In this document: piece by piece, positions 25,092 to 38,893 of the stretch
Position numbering within the stretch: position 1 is the first letter of the stretch
Layout of the letters: each line of letters begins with the position of its first letter
From: Lama guanicoe
Lineage: Eukaryota
NCBI GenBank assembly: GCA_013239625.1
Contig: MU054323.1
Span: forward strand, 14,450,029-14,514,028
Length of the DNA stretch: 64,000 nucleotides
Reading direction: 5' to 3'
Notes under the pieces: generated by a model
Told to the model about the DNA's origin: nothing
Database searches by the model: none
What the model saw: the letters and a program-made list of their open reading frames with translations, nothing else
Translations under genes and position numbers: made by a program

Positions 25092-28000
25092 CTTGAGTGA
25101 GTTTCTGATCATTTTCTGATTTCTCTATGGCTTCAGCCTTACTTCCTAAACACTTAAATGACCAATTATGCCTTTCTCTCTCCTGGCATCATTTCTGGTT
25201 CCTTTCATTGAACTTTTCCCTTGATCCAGCACATTGGCATGAGAAGGGGCCAGGAAAAATTAGGAGGTTGATCTAGGAACAGATGGAACAGGACACCAAG
25301 AACAGTCTTCCCCTGGTTCACAATTGGACACAATCCTGGCCTGTTATTTTTTTTTTCTCTTCCAAGAGACAAAAATGAAAAGAGTTTACCAGACATCCCC
25401 AGCCAGATAAGGTGATTATTTTATTCCCTTTAAGCGAAAGAATCTTTTGAGGCAATGACAAGGTGGAATGATTCAACTAGTATTAAGTCACAATGTAAAG
25501 CTCCCTTTTCATTTACCAAACACAAAGGATTCAGATCATCCAACCTTCATTGCTCAGATCTACCGCCAGCAGCCCCTGAAGTCATTCCCACCATAACCTC
25601 CCGTCTGTTGCAGAGAGCGACATCTGTGGTAATGAGCAAATCAAACTGAATTTGTTTTTTTAACAGAATGGTGCCTGAAGTATGTGCTATAGACTAGATG
25701 TGTGGGATGTATATTTTTGGACATACGTGCTTGAGACCATATCCTTGCTTATTTTAGAGTATTCATTCTCACTCAGGCAAGTAGTTTAGTGAGAAATATG
25801 GAGAACTACATAGGTAAAGCCTGCTACTGCTTTTTTTCAGAAAGAATAACCAACAAAACAAAGAAGAAGGGAACTCATAACTATGATTTGGCAATGGGTG
25901 ATCCATCTGAAAATATTTAGCTACCTTTGACTATTCATCTTAATTTTAATATAAAGTTAATATCTTCTATAAGATTTCAAATCAGCATTTCCTATTGGAA
26001 GTAACTTAGCTTTACCATTACTTCAACATAGGGTAAGAACTTACTTTGTATGGCACCAAAAGTTTGTTAACTAAAATTTTTATGCATTTTTACATAGAAA
26101 ATGTGAATACTTATGTATTTGGTCCTATTGACCTTGTGCTTGAATAGCTAGTGTGGAGTTACAGATACACGGTAGACATTCATCTTTTATTGCCGCTCAG
26201 ATATTTACATCTACTTAGTAGTAACGTACTGCTAGAAAGCTCTCACTCTAACATGAATAACAGCAGCAGGATATAGCCTATTTCTTTTCCCATCATCTTT
26301 TTCAAGGTAACCTCCCACAAATTTAGAAAAGTGTCTCCCTTGCTTAGCCCAAGTTATTTCAGTGACATGAAGGTACTCTGGAATTGCGATAAAACAACCG
26401 GAACGTCCTGTGAGTGCATTTGAAGTAGACATGTTTCAGTACAGTTTCTAATATAAATCTACTTTTTCTTCTCATGAAGGTGTGAAGGTGCACTGAGCAC
26501 CAGTAAAGACTTCAGAGACTCATAAGCAGTGTGTGAAGGATGTTTTCCCCTCTGTTCCAGAACAGAATGTTTCATGCTGACAACAAAAAGGAGGGTGTCT
26601 CTCAAAGATCTATTGATAGCTAAGACAAAATCACTACCTATAATATGTTCCTTGGTGAATTAAATTACAAAAAGATAAGTAGTCACCATTTGAAATTTAA
26701 AATGGAACACAGTCGTTTAAAAATAAGACACTGAAGATAATACAAGTAGAAAAGCAGACATTATGAAACTCATACTGAAGCTTTATATTTGCTAATGTGC
26801 ACAATTACATCTTATAGGGAAGCATGAGCACTGCTCATGTGACTGTGTTGAAGTGAATGAACACACAGTTAAACTCAATGAAAATGAGGCTGATAGGCTC
26901 AGCTGGAGATCTACCCTCAGGAAGTAGTTTAAAATATTGGCCATTTGGTACCATCTGTTGAATTCCATACACTCAAAACAATGCTATTCAGAACTCAATT
27001 TTTGTGAGCCAGGAATGAAGGATGTCTCTTATAGGGATCGTTTAACAGAACTCATTGAACAGGAGGAAGATCATCAGAGGGACAGCAGAATCTCTTCTGA
27101 CCACTCCACACCACATTAATTTGAAATGGACTGAGAAAATATAAGCATTAATTTGTTTCTGCATACATATGATCCTCACTTTTACTCAGTTAGTAGAGAG
27201 GTATATCATATTGTGCGTAATAAGTAGGCAAGAGAAAAACCGTGATACAGACAGGTCATTTGTTCAGTGACTTATGCAGGTCCTTATGGAAATTTGTATA
27301 ATGTCACTATAGCAGTGAGAGAAAGCCTATTGTTCTGGATTATACTAAATTTATAGATTATATATTCATCTTTAAAATGACCATTATCATGATTATTCAC
27401 CTCCTTTCTTTAACTTACCAATACCCCTTTTATGCATTGAAATAACCAATGATTAGAAAGCAAAGACAGCAAACAAAATACAGAAGTAAAAATGAGTCTT
27501 TTGGAAATTTGGATTGTCTGGTTTTTATTAGAGAATTTTATTTACTTTTTTTTGTGTGGGTGGTGTTATTTTTCTTTTTGTTTCTTAGGAAAGTATATAT
27601 GTGAAACTGATAACAAAAGACATGTATCACGTTCAGTGCCTTGCACAGTGTGTGGCACTTAGCAAATGTTCAGTAATTATTTGGTGACAGAAATATGTTA
27701 AGCATTTTCCTGATATGAAGAGAGAGAAATATAAATTAAAATTACTATTCATTTTTAGGGGAATTAATAGTAGTATGAAGTTGCTATCTGCATATATTTG
27801 CCTGAAGTAGGGAGAAGGAAGATGAAAATTATATTTATACTACTTTTGAGTTTTTAAAGAAAACAGGCTTAAAATTAAATTCTTCTAAGTAATTTACTTC
27901 TAGGATCAATGCATGGTTTTATTAACAATCTAACTAGTAATAATCATGTGTCATTTGTTAAAATATTATCCAGTATTGACTAGCTGATCATGGTCCCCTA

Positions 28001-28831
28001 TATTTTTCCATCAATTTCTAGGTAAAACTCTGAATGAGTGAAATTGTTAAGTAATTGTCACAATATTGAGATTAAGGCTACTCACATGGTACTCTTCTAC
28101 TCAGAGACTATAACTAGGTTATACATGTACAGTAATATCTCTGATTCCAACACTGATTGTATGACCAATAGAAAATTCTCTCAATCATAACTAAGAAAAG
28201 AAAAATATTAACATGAAAGATTTTGTCTTTCTTCAAATGGCATATTTTAAACTTTTGATATGATTAACATTTAACTGTTTTCAAAGAATACTAAAAAATA
28301 TATTAGGATATTGGCAATAGTATTAAGAATGTTTTTAAATATATGTACATGTATGTGTGCACGTGTGTTTGTGTGTGTCTAAACATCAACCTGTGACTTG
28401 CTTAGTCAATGTCTTCCTTCATTTTAAGGTTTCTAAGGATTTGGCATAACCAAGAATGTATTTTAGTTTAGTTCAAATAAGAATAGTTTTATTAAAATCA
28501 TATATTCATGTATGATGCTAAAATTGAACATTGAATAGCTTTCCTAAAGAGAAGCAGAAATAGGGATGAATGATAATATTTTAAGTTCTGAAAGTACTCA
28601 CTGTAGAGTGAGTAAAGATCAATTAACAGCTACAGAGCTGAGCTGAAAACAAGGTAGTTGTTTCTTCATGAAAGAAAGCAACCAAGAACTGACTTTGCAT
28701 TAACTAATACATTACTGTAGAGAAGTAACCAAATAAAAGTAGTTTATAAATGCCAACTCATGTTTTAAAAGTCAGTTAGATGTTGATAGAGTTATAATTT
28801 ATAAATTCAAAAGAATGCAATTAGAGCATTT

Positions 28832-28949
28832 CCTTGTACCATATACAAAAATAAACTCAAAATGTATTGAAGACCTACATGTAAGATCTGGAACCATGAA
28901 TCTCTTAGAAAAGAACATAGGCAGAAGATCCTTTGACATAAATTGTAGC
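28832..28949 (+). mobile_element. Short internal L1 ORF2 fragment
   Basis: ccatatacaaaaataaactcaaaatg…gaacataggc encodes the PYTKINSK…ENIG region. Confidence 0.85.
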
Positions 28950-31504
28950 CTATGCCCATTAGATCAGAGCCATCATTAGTCTAAAAATGAATATGAATGA
29001 AATGAGTAGATTGACCTAGTAAATTATATGTGATTCATCAATTAGTGGTTGCTTATAAAATAAATTGAGACAGCACACTTGTTTGCAATGTATATGGCAA
29101 GAGTAAGACGTGGGCCTATCCATAAGAATTTAGAAATAAAAAACAATTTAATATTTAAAATGGAACAATTCTATGGAAAACAAAATTTTTAAAATAGTTT
29201 TAGACCTGAATTCTTATTGGAAGCTAGAAATTTGTAACCTTCCTTTGAAACATAATGTAAAAATAGTTGAAATTAAATGTTACTCAAGATTCAAAACTAG
29301 ATAATACTCTAAAACTAATCTCTAAAGAAAGACTCAGAGTCTTTGGGCAGGATCACATTTGTATTGATCAGCCTTGAAAGAGAGACATCCTAATAAACAG
29401 AAAGCATGGTCAGGGAGACATAAAGGCAGAAGTATAGGAAAACAGGGTTGCCAAATACCAGAAGCTCTGAAACAGGACTGTGATATAATACATAGTTCCC
29501 AAGTAGGTGAAACAGAGCCAAAAGGGATAAATATCTGACGGCATCTGGTTTTACCTCCAAATCTGGCTTACAGAATATCTGTCAGGTTCAACAGCTGCCT
29601 GAAAAAAAGTCTTTTTAAAAGAGTTTTGGCCCCGTTTTATGTTAGATTGAGATCACTTTTTGTGGTATCTGTGCCTGTTTCATAGCTTTATTTTCTCAAA
29701 GGAAAGTGACCTTTTTTCATTGAAGATGCTGGGTTTATTTTGAGCTTTACAATGAGGCACAAGCTAACCTCTGAATACCAGTAAACAATATCCACCCCAT
29801 TGTCAATAAGCAAACACTTGACACAGTTCAGTTAGGTACCTCAATGGTAAATTGAACATCTGTGGTCCTCCAAATGACTTGCTTTCAGAGTATAGATCAT
29901 AAGTCACTAATTCAGTTCCGTTCAGAGACTTAACAATTATTTTAGAATTGAAAGGGAACTTAGAGTTGTTTTGGACGTGCTCATTAAATACCAGCCACGT
30001 TCCTAGGCTTGGGATGCCAAAGCTGTGTGATCTAAAAAGGATATAGTCTGTAAGATAAAAACTGTAATAATCAAGAGTAGCATCAGGTTTTAATTATTCA
30101 GAGGGGAAGATAATAATGATAACAATAACATTTACCTACTGAGACACTGCTTCTCTTACTACCTATGGCATGTTAATGAAAATTGATTTTTTAATAATGT
30201 ATATGTTATTGGTTAAAATACTCTTATACTAACCTAGTAGAAAAATGTTCTTAAACTTTTACAGGCTGTGTTTATTTTTACCTGAATTTTATTTTTTTAT
30301 ATACTTACTATTACTCTTTTTTATAGTTGTTTCCTTTGCCCATTTTAAAAATTATTACTTTTTAAAATCTTTCTTATTTGAAATAACTGTTATATTAAGT
30401 GCTGGTTTTTATTCAGTCTCAATTATTTTTCCAGTTTGTTGTATACCTGATAAAGTGTTAACAATGACTTTTTTTTACATGCAGGAATCATTAACATTTA
30501 TTAATTACATACTTAAATTTTGTATCAAAACATTTTATATAATACAAATTGTTTTCCACATAGCTAATGCAGGAATATATAAGAGACCTTTCTTATAGTT
30601 AACCATGGTTAAAGAATCTGATGCTGATTTTGATTACCCCATTTAAGAACTAAGCAACTATATGACTTATTCTATTAAATTGTGGAAGTCCAAGAAAAAG
30701 GACTTTGAATAGTATTGCCCACCGTCAGGTTGTCCCATTCCTCTTCCCATCCCAGAGATGAAATATCTGCTAGAGATAGAATCCTTTCTGAGATCTAAAC
30801 CATTATTTAAAACAATTAAAAAAAAAAGCAAGCAACAACAGACTTGTATAAAATCAGTAAATCACAATGCTGAGATTCTAGTCCAAAGTATTTTCCAAAG
30901 CTGTTTTCTTTTATTTTGCCATGCATCTATACACTGTTTGCTGAGCTTCAATGAGAATACATTAGTTAAAACAGTTTTTCTCAAATAACTCAAGTATCTG
31001 CAGTCTCTGCCAAATGTCTGTGTTAGTATGGATTAATGTGACCTACATGTTCAGAAGCGTGATGTAGCACATTGTTTAGTTCGGTACAGATTGTTTTTCT
31101 ATGGTTGCTGATACCCAAAAGCCACTACTTGTTGTTTTATACTGTACTTTAGTTTCATTAGCCAGTGAACTCCTCTGATGAGATGAAACAAGATAGATAA
31201 ATACAACGGTGCTAACTCATTCAAACAGAGTACATGAAGATTTTAAGATGGTGGAGCTATTAGGGCTTTATGGTTATGTTACATCAGAAGTCAAGAATGC
31301 TATAGACACAGTTTAACTGGCTTTTTCTGTATCATGTATACATAAAGTGCTACTGTATTCAGCTTAGTGAAGTAGGGGTTCCTGGCTACCAGGCCTTTTT
31401 GTTCCATTTTTTCACTAGACTCACCAAACCCCAACAGGGCCTTTGACACAACTCTACGACATAGGTTTGAGGACTGTAATATGCCCTATATGTAAGCTTT
31501 CTTT

Positions 31505-32394
31505 CCACAACTGGTGGAACGGTCCAGAAATCCTTGAGCTCTGGAAAGGTCCCTGGTCAGTCCTTGGGGAACACAGGTGTCTATATCGGAAGAACCTGCT
31601 CAAGAACGGTTCTTGACGTCTGGGGAATCCTTTCAGGGAAGATCACTTCAAACTCAATAATGAGGTCCCCCTGTTTCTCGGGCGTTTTGGGGAGAGGGAG
31701 GCCTTCTCCAGGAACTTTTCGCCGCATGCCAGGCCTGATGACATCTTTGAACACAACGGGTATGGTCCTGCCGTCCAGAGTGGGGACATTCACTATACAG
31801 CCACACAGAGCCTCCCGAAGAGTGATCCTGGCTGGGTAAATGACATCAGAGCCATCTCTCTTAAAGATATTGTGTGGCTTGTCCTTTAAAACAAAGACAA
31901 TGTCGGCTGGAATGTTGTTGGAGGTCTGGTCTCCTTCCTTGGGGAAGGTGATTTTGGTCCCTTCTTTCCACCCCCGCTTCACTTCGATGGTCAAGATTTT
32001 GTCTTCGTTGCGAATGCTCTTTCCATCGGGGTTCAGCCGCTTATGAGAGATTTTCATCTTCTTGGTATGGCCGCTATAGATCTCCTGAAGTGAGACCCTA
32101 AGGTCGTGGGTGACGGGGGGATCTTGCTTCTTTCGGGTGGGCTCTTGGGCAGGGCGGGAGCGGCCAAAGTTCATATTGGTGAAGCCACCCATGCCCATGG
32201 GGAAGCCAGAGAACGGGTCATCAATGTCCATGCCTTCCTCCCCGTTGCGCTGCCCAAAAAAGGTGTCAAAGGGATTTCGGCCACCGAAGAACTCAGCAAA
32301 CATGGCATGAGGGTCTCCATGGAATGTGTAGCTGAAAGAAGTACCGTTAGCACCACCGCTGCTCCCGCCACTGGGGCCACCACCTTTCAGGCCT
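31505..32394 (-). pseudogene. DNAJB1: Processed DNAJB1 (Hsp40) retrocopy; visible frame open from GLKGG to the native stop; 5' part lost in the gap
   Basis: Translation closely matches DNAJB1 from about residue 71 to the C-terminal …EQVLPI*; no intron at the LRE|ALCG junction (~31811), which I recall as the exon 2/3 boundary; GC-rich island in AT-rich DNA; about 75 nt of 3' UTR-like sequence. Confidence 0.93.
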
Positions 32395-32545
32395 NNNNNN
32401 NNNNNNNNNNNNNNNNNNNNNNNNNNNNNNNNNNNNNNNNNNNNNNNNNNNNNNNNNNNNNNNNNNNNNNNNNNNNNNNNNNNNNNNNNNNNNNNNNNNN
32501 NNNNNNNNNNNNNNNNNNNNNNNNNNNNNNNNNNNNNNNNNNNNN
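32395..32545. other. Assembly gap (151 N)
   Basis: Run of N. Confidence 1.
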
Positions 32546-32873
32546 GAAAGAATTATACACAGAAAACTATAAACCATTGATGAAGGAAATTAAAGAAGAC
32601 TTTAAAAAATGGAAAGATATTCCATGCTCTTGGATTGGAAGAATCAATATTGTTAAAATGGTCACACTGCCCAAGGCAATCTACAGATTTAATGCAATCC
32701 CTATCCAATTACCCAGGACATATTTCACAGAACTAGAACAAATCATAATAAAATTTATATGGAACCATCAAAGACCTAGAATTGCTAAAGCATTACTGAA
32801 GAGAAAGAAAGAGGCTGGAGGAATAACTCTCCCAGATTTCAGACAATACTATAGAGCTACAGTCATCAAGACA
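32546..32873 (+). mobile_element. Young L1 ORF2 internal fragment
   Basis: Encodes KELYTENY…RATVIKT; nearly identical to the reverse complement of about 40038-40365; ends with no 3' UTR or poly(A). Confidence 0.95.
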
Positions 32874-35227
32874 TGATTTTGCTCTGATCATGGTTACTTG
32901 TCATTGTGGTTGAAGTATCTTTATCTCAGAGACTGAAATCCTGAAATATCTCTATGGTGAAAATCCTGCTTATTTGAACTTCTGTCATTTTGATTTAAAA
33001 TGATTCCCTATGAGAATTCATTGAGCTATTAAGAATTGGTCAATCTCATGGTCCATAGCCAATGTGTGAAAATTTCAGAATAAATTAAAAGAGACTTTCT
33101 TTACTTTTTATGGGACTTTCTTTCAGATTTTTTGACGTTCTGAAAGTTTGGCAATTAAGATGCTATGTAGTAAGGTGGTGGAGATATGTATATGTATGTG
33201 TGTATATACATATATAACAAATATTCACAAACCTTTCAGAAAATGGAGGTTTAAAGGATTCTTCTCAACTTATTCTGTAAGGTCAGTATTGCTGAAAGCA
33301 AATTAGGCATACATATTAATTATCATAGTTTCGAAACTTATAAGCAGTAATGACCGCCAAAGGGTTAGCATGACTGCTTAATAATTCTGATAGAGAGCAT
33401 ATGCTTCTATATACTCAACATTTCTTGTTACTCTCCTGATTTTTAAAAGTGTATTCCTTTCCAGTGAAGTGGTATAGTGTGTCTATTAATATAGCAATCA
33501 AATCTATATGATGGAAGTATTTAAGGGTAATAAAAATGAGTAGCAAATCTTGCTTCATTCTAAGACTTTTTTTAAACTAAATAATGATTGGGCTACATTC
33601 CTAAAATTTTCAAGTTGAGAAATATCAGACTAATTCCACTAGAATGGGACAGAGTATGCTAATAAAATTAGTTATCTTTAAAATGTATTTATTTAATAGA
33701 ACTAGTGACATGAATTCATTATTCTTAAAACCTGTACAATTATAAGGCCAGTGTTTCTGTAAGGAGTGGAGCATAGTAAGTCACCAATTACCAGACACTG
33801 GAGATTCAGTATATCCAGCATAATCACAGTGCCAAAGAAAGCATAGGGTCAATCAACTGTGACATTGATCTTTTACAGTATTGTTTTCATTATTACATTT
33901 TTAACTGCCTAATTCCCTTCCAATTCAAATCTAAATCATGTATCAGTTGCTTTTTATAAAATAGGCAATTACAGTTGTTATTGGGGAAAAAAAGACATCG
34001 ATTAAATTAATAAGAAATGGAACCATACTGAAGTGAATGAAATAGATTATAGTCAAGTCAGTTGTTTTGCAGTCCTTTTTTAAGCAGATTTTATTTTTAT
34101 ATGAATATGTTTACGGGATTCAGCTGATGTCCTCTTTCAAAGTGACCACAGGAAAAATGTAACCGTCAGCACTATAGGCACTAATTTGATGGTTCCCATA
34201 AAGTTATAGACCGTGTACCCAGAACAGTAAAGTTTATGGTGTGGAAATGAACCTGATATCAGTAGCTTGCATCAGATCTTGGTATAAGATAGTAGCAATT
34301 TGTTAGTGGGTAGAAAATACTTCCCAGTTGCTGGTTAAAAATATAATATTGTCAATCAATGTATTAAACATGGCATCTTTAGATGCTAATTTTTTACTTG
34401 TATTTTGTAGAACATAAACAGACTATCAATGTTAAAGCTTTATTTCCAGGTAGCATTATAACTTCATTTTCTAGGTTTTCACCTTAACAAAACACAAAGT
34501 GGAATCTTTCCTTATTTGCATTAGAAAACTAACCCTTTAACATAGAGTAATAGACTGGTTTTTTTTTTTGGTTTTTTTAGCTCTTCTTTTCCTTCACTCT
34601 AACTCCTAGGGTTATAATGAATATGTGAGGGACCATTAATGTAACATACATTTCTAATTCTCCAAATCAGGAGGACAGCTTTACTCTCTAATGCAGAAGT
34701 TGCAGCTTATCACTCAAGATCCTACCTTTGAAAGTGATTCCATTCCTAGCTGAGATTTATTAGATTGACTCCACAGGAATGGTTGTGAGAGTCTCCTACC
34801 TGAAGGGGGAAAAAAAAAGCCGGTACTTGGTAACCAGAAGGGTAGAAAATGATATTCATGAATGATCTTAACAAATTATGTCTGGATCTTCAGCTTCTAC
34901 TGTGGTGAAGAACAGTGTTCCAAACTGGCTGGTCTATGTATCTGATCCCAAAGTGAATATGATGCAGAGACAAGGTCTAGATAGTGAATGGTTAGGCAAT
35001 GGCAAGCAACAGAACTTTATTATTTCGAAACTATGCCATTTTAAAGATTATTTATTCATCTTCCAAAGTTAGCTTATTATTCACATTTATAAAATTTTAT
35101 TGTATTTTAGTTAAAATCAGGAACAATTTAGAAACTATTTTCTAACCAGAGAACTTTAGTAAGTCTAAACATAAAAAATTTATTTCTTTTTTCAAATGAC
35201 TACTTAGGACTTGTATTCCTAGGATTT

Positions 35228-35420
35228 TTTTTTAACATTTTTTATTGATTTATAATCATTTTACAATGTTGTGTCAAATTCCAGTGTTCAGCACAATTTT
35301 TCAGTCATTCATGGATATATACACACTCATTGTCACATTTTTTCTCTGTGATTTATCAGAACATTTTGTGTATATTTCCCTGTGCTATACAGTGTAATCT
35401 TGTTTATCTATTCTACAATT
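35228..35420 (-). mobile_element. Very short 5'-truncated young L1 (3' UTR tip)
   Basis: Near-identical to 38631-38817; TSD (t)aggattt at 35220-35227 and 35420-35427. Confidence 0.93.
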
Positions 35421-35784
35421 AGGATTTGTGTTCCAAATTCTTCATGTTTTAGAATCAGATCAGAATCTATTAATTTTCCTATGATTCTCCAGCTATATTC
35501 TCTGGTTTTGAAAGTCTGTTGTGTTTCCTTACTTATCATCCTGTGTTACAGCCACACACATTTTCTCTGTACCAGTTTGTTCTTATCATTTTACCTGAAA
35601 GGCTTTCTAATCACCATGTACAAGTTAATGGTTCTTTTATGTTTTATTTTTTCCCAAAGCCTGAATTAAGTTCACCTCTTTCATTAAGACTTTGCTGGTA
35701 TGTTCAGTTGCTCGTTATTTAGATGATTATTAATGCAAAATATAATAGTCATACCTTATTATTATTACTATTTTGCTAATTTTT

Positions 35785-35880
35785 TTCTCTCTCTCTCTTC
35801 CTCTTCCTTCTCTTTCTCTTCCTCTTCCTTGTCCTCCTTTTTCTCCTCCTCATTCTCCACTCCTGCCTCATCTCCTCATT
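35785..35880. repeat. CT-rich low-complexity tract
   Basis: Polypyrimidine (CT/CCT) run. Confidence 0.8.
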
Positions 35881-36628
35881 TTCTTTAGTTTGTGTGCATT
35901 GTTCCTGTGTGTTGGCCTTCCATTCTGGAATACTAGCTCTGTTAGTTCACTGACAACATGCACCATGCCTTAGACTTCTTATTATAGTCATATTTATTTC
36001 AATGTATATTAAATACTATTCATATTAGTTGACAGATTGAAACCTGTAGCAAGTACTTTCTTTGGTGCACTGATGGGATGCATCTGAAATTATGTATACC
36101 TATAATAGCTGAATCAATGGCTATTTGATCCTGGTTAAAAATGCCAGTAACAAATCACAGAAGGACCTTTATTTTGCAAGGATTTCAGCTTTATATAAAT
36201 TTGGATGTAAAGGGTAATGTGTTGAAAATATTTCACATAAAACTCTGCCTGGATAGTAAATTCACACTGTAATTAAAATCTTATTTTTACTAGAAGTAAA
36301 GAAAAATTGGTATTTATTGAATATCTAGAGTTTGCAGGGAAGGCCTTGTGTTAAGTGATTTTTCTCAGCATTATAACTACCAGTCTTCAAAACTACACTT
36401 CTAGGGGGAATTGATATGTCTATTTTATATCACAGATATGGTTCTGGCACATATCTAATTCTGGTATACTGTTATTTTGTATTAACAGACCAGAATCAGA
36501 CATTCTCAATAGTTAAACTATTGATTCCTATCATCCACGTGTCTCAATATTCAAATTAGTTATATGGAAATGTTATCATAGCACTATATTCTGCATACTG
36601 CAGAGGATAGATAGCTATATAGCTAGAC

Positions 36629-36742
36629 AGTTGAGACATCAATTTGAGAGCGAGATAGATAGATAGCTAGATAGATAGATAGATAGATAGATAGAGCGAT
36701 CTAGCTAGCTAGCTCGCTTTCTCTCACATTGATGTCTCATCT
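36629..36742. repeat. Imperfect inverted repeat enclosing a (GATA)n microsatellite
   Basis: tgagacatcaatttgagag.cgag pairs with ctcg.ctttctctcacattgatgtctca. Confidence 0.9.
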
Positions 36743-36885
36743 ATGGACTCTACTCACGGGGTTGACTTTACCTATAGTAGATAGGACCTAATCTAAAGGG
36801 TGTGTTTTACCTACTTTAGAAAGATCGAACGCTAAGCATATAGGATAAATAAAAAATAATTTATCTATTCTTGCAGTGTTCAACC

Positions 36886-37068
36886 CAGGTTTTGACAACC
36901 TTATGGGCCAAACCATATGAACTATTTTTCTATTGCTACCTGTGAAAGAATGTTTTCTACATTTTTAAAGGAGTATAAAAAAATGAATATATAGCAGAGA
37001 TGATACGCAGTTCCCAAAGTCTAAAATACTTGTGTGCCCTTTATAGGAAAAAAATTTGAAAACCTCTG
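36886..37068 (+). mobile_element. MER58-family (MER58C-like) hAT DNA transposon relic
   Basis: Degenerate TIRs cagg…/…cctctg; aaagtctaaaata…gccctttataggaaaaaaatttg. Confidence 0.7.
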
Positions 37069-38249
37069 GATTAGAGCATATAAAATAAGATAGGAGAAAA
37101 AGAAAATATAATATATATTTTATTTAATCACTCTTACTATTGTGAATTTATATCACTGGTTTAAATTGAAAGCCTGATTCTCTCTTGTTCATCATTAAAT
37201 TGCATAATTCCATAGACTTTCTACAGATGGTCTGTGTGTTATATGAAAATGACACCATCATGTAATACAGTAAAATCTTAGCCTTGACTTTAAAATGTTA
37301 ATCACGAATAAAGTGTTCATGATAATTAACTGCAGAGAATTATAACATGTTAAAATAATACAACTAGTATGATATAAAATGCTTATCTATTCTGCCTACA
37401 CCAAAATCAGAAGTATTGGTTGCATAGAGACCAAAGCACCAATATTTATAAAATTGTATTAGTTAAGGGGAGCAAGTATACTCTTCATAGCCTGTATTTG
37501 TGATATTTATCTATATAAGAAAAAATACAAAAAGGTCTTCAATTGAGTTGAGTAATTGTGATGGTGATGTAGTTAGTTTTAATGAGAAATTTATAGCATT
37601 CGTTTATGCAGAATTTAAAAGACACCCAACAGAAAACAACTTTTCTTAAATGATGAGAGAGGCAAAACTTCATGAGAAAAAGGTGGCTAGAATAATAGGT
37701 AAAACATTTAAAAGCAACAACTAAGTTGTTACTGTAGAACTACTTTCATAACCAAAATAAGGATATCTAAAACACTATATTTAATTAAGAAAGAAATTTG
37801 TTAGGCTTGATTGTAGTGACAATGGAAAGATTAAATGTTTGAAAAAATATAAACTGATCAGCAATTTAAATAGATTATATCTGAACACTTTCTGTGATAA
37901 AGATGTTTTGCAACAGAAATGAATGAGAGTTGTAAGGAGAATAATTTTAGCTATTAAAAATAATGACAACTTACATGTCATATACTGTTGTTATAATCAC
38001 AAACCATAACAAATTTCACAAATGTGGATTTTTAATTATTTACTTAATGTAGTACAAATTTATCATGTTTTGTGAAATGATTATAATTACCTCATAAATG
38101 ATTTTGTTGAAATTATGGCTATATTTACAATTTAGAATTGCTTCACTAAAACAGTCAACTGTTTTCTCATATAATCAAACCATTAGATGAGTGAATGAAA
38201 ACATTCTACACAAGTCTGAAATGACTTCTAAAGAGGTGTTGAGTAGGAA

Positions 38250-38370
38250 TTCGCATAATAGTTACAATATATTATCATTAGTTAGTAATTTTGTATTGTG
38301 TATTTAGAAGATTTGTTGATAGGTCTCATGTTACATGTTCTTAACACACACACACACACACACAAAAGGG
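38250..38370 (+). mobile_element. Old L1 3' UTR fragment with (CA)n
   Basis: tgtattgtgtatttagaagatttg…atgttcttaacacacac resembles an L1MA/MB 3' end. Confidence 0.6.
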
Positions 38371-38384
38371 ACATCGACATGCCT

Positions 38385-38613
38385 GATTTTTACACCTTCT
38401 TGACAAATTTGCACCTTTACTAATATGAAATGTATTTTTTCTGAAGTGTAGTTTTTTCGTTATAAATATAGCAACTTTAGTTTATTATGATTGGTTTTTC
38501 ACAGTAGAATTTTTTCCCATATTTTTACTGTTAAACTCTGTATTTTTTTTGTATTTAAAGTGGGGTTCCTATGGACAGCTAGATTGCTGGATTATGCTTT
38601 TTATGTAGTCTGA
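38385..38613 (-). mobile_element. Ancient L1 endonuclease region (left half of the host element interrupted by the young L1)
   Basis: Degraded colinear match to about 42390-42612. Confidence 0.75.
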
Positions 38614-38893
38614 CATGCTCCATTTTTTTAAACATTTTTATTGATTTATAATCATTTTACAATGTTGTGTCAAATTCCAGTGTTCAGCACAGTTTTTCAG
38701 TCATTCATGGACATATACACACTCATTGTCACATTTTTTTCTCTGTGATTTATCAGAAAATTTTGTGTATATTTCCCTGTGCTATACAGTGTAATCTTGT
38801 TTATCTATTCTACAATTTTGAAATCCCAGTCTATCCCTTCCCACCCTCTACCCCCCTGGTAACCACAAGTCTGTATTCTCTGTCCATGAGTCT

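Noticed and set aside
25612..25632. CTCF-like motif (minus ACCACAGATGTCGC)
   Set aside because: Only 10/14 match to the consensus.
30245..30598. 117-aa Phe/Leu/Ile-rich ORF
   Set aside because: T-rich compositional artefact with no recognisable homology.
31581..32303. The authentic DNAJB1 gene
   Set aside because: No intron at the expected junction, short 3' UTR, no promoter CpG island nearby, AT-rich context.
32106..32876. 256-aa plus-strand ORF fusing unknown sequence to L1 ORF2
   Set aside because: Artefact of translating antisense DNAJB1 through the N gap.
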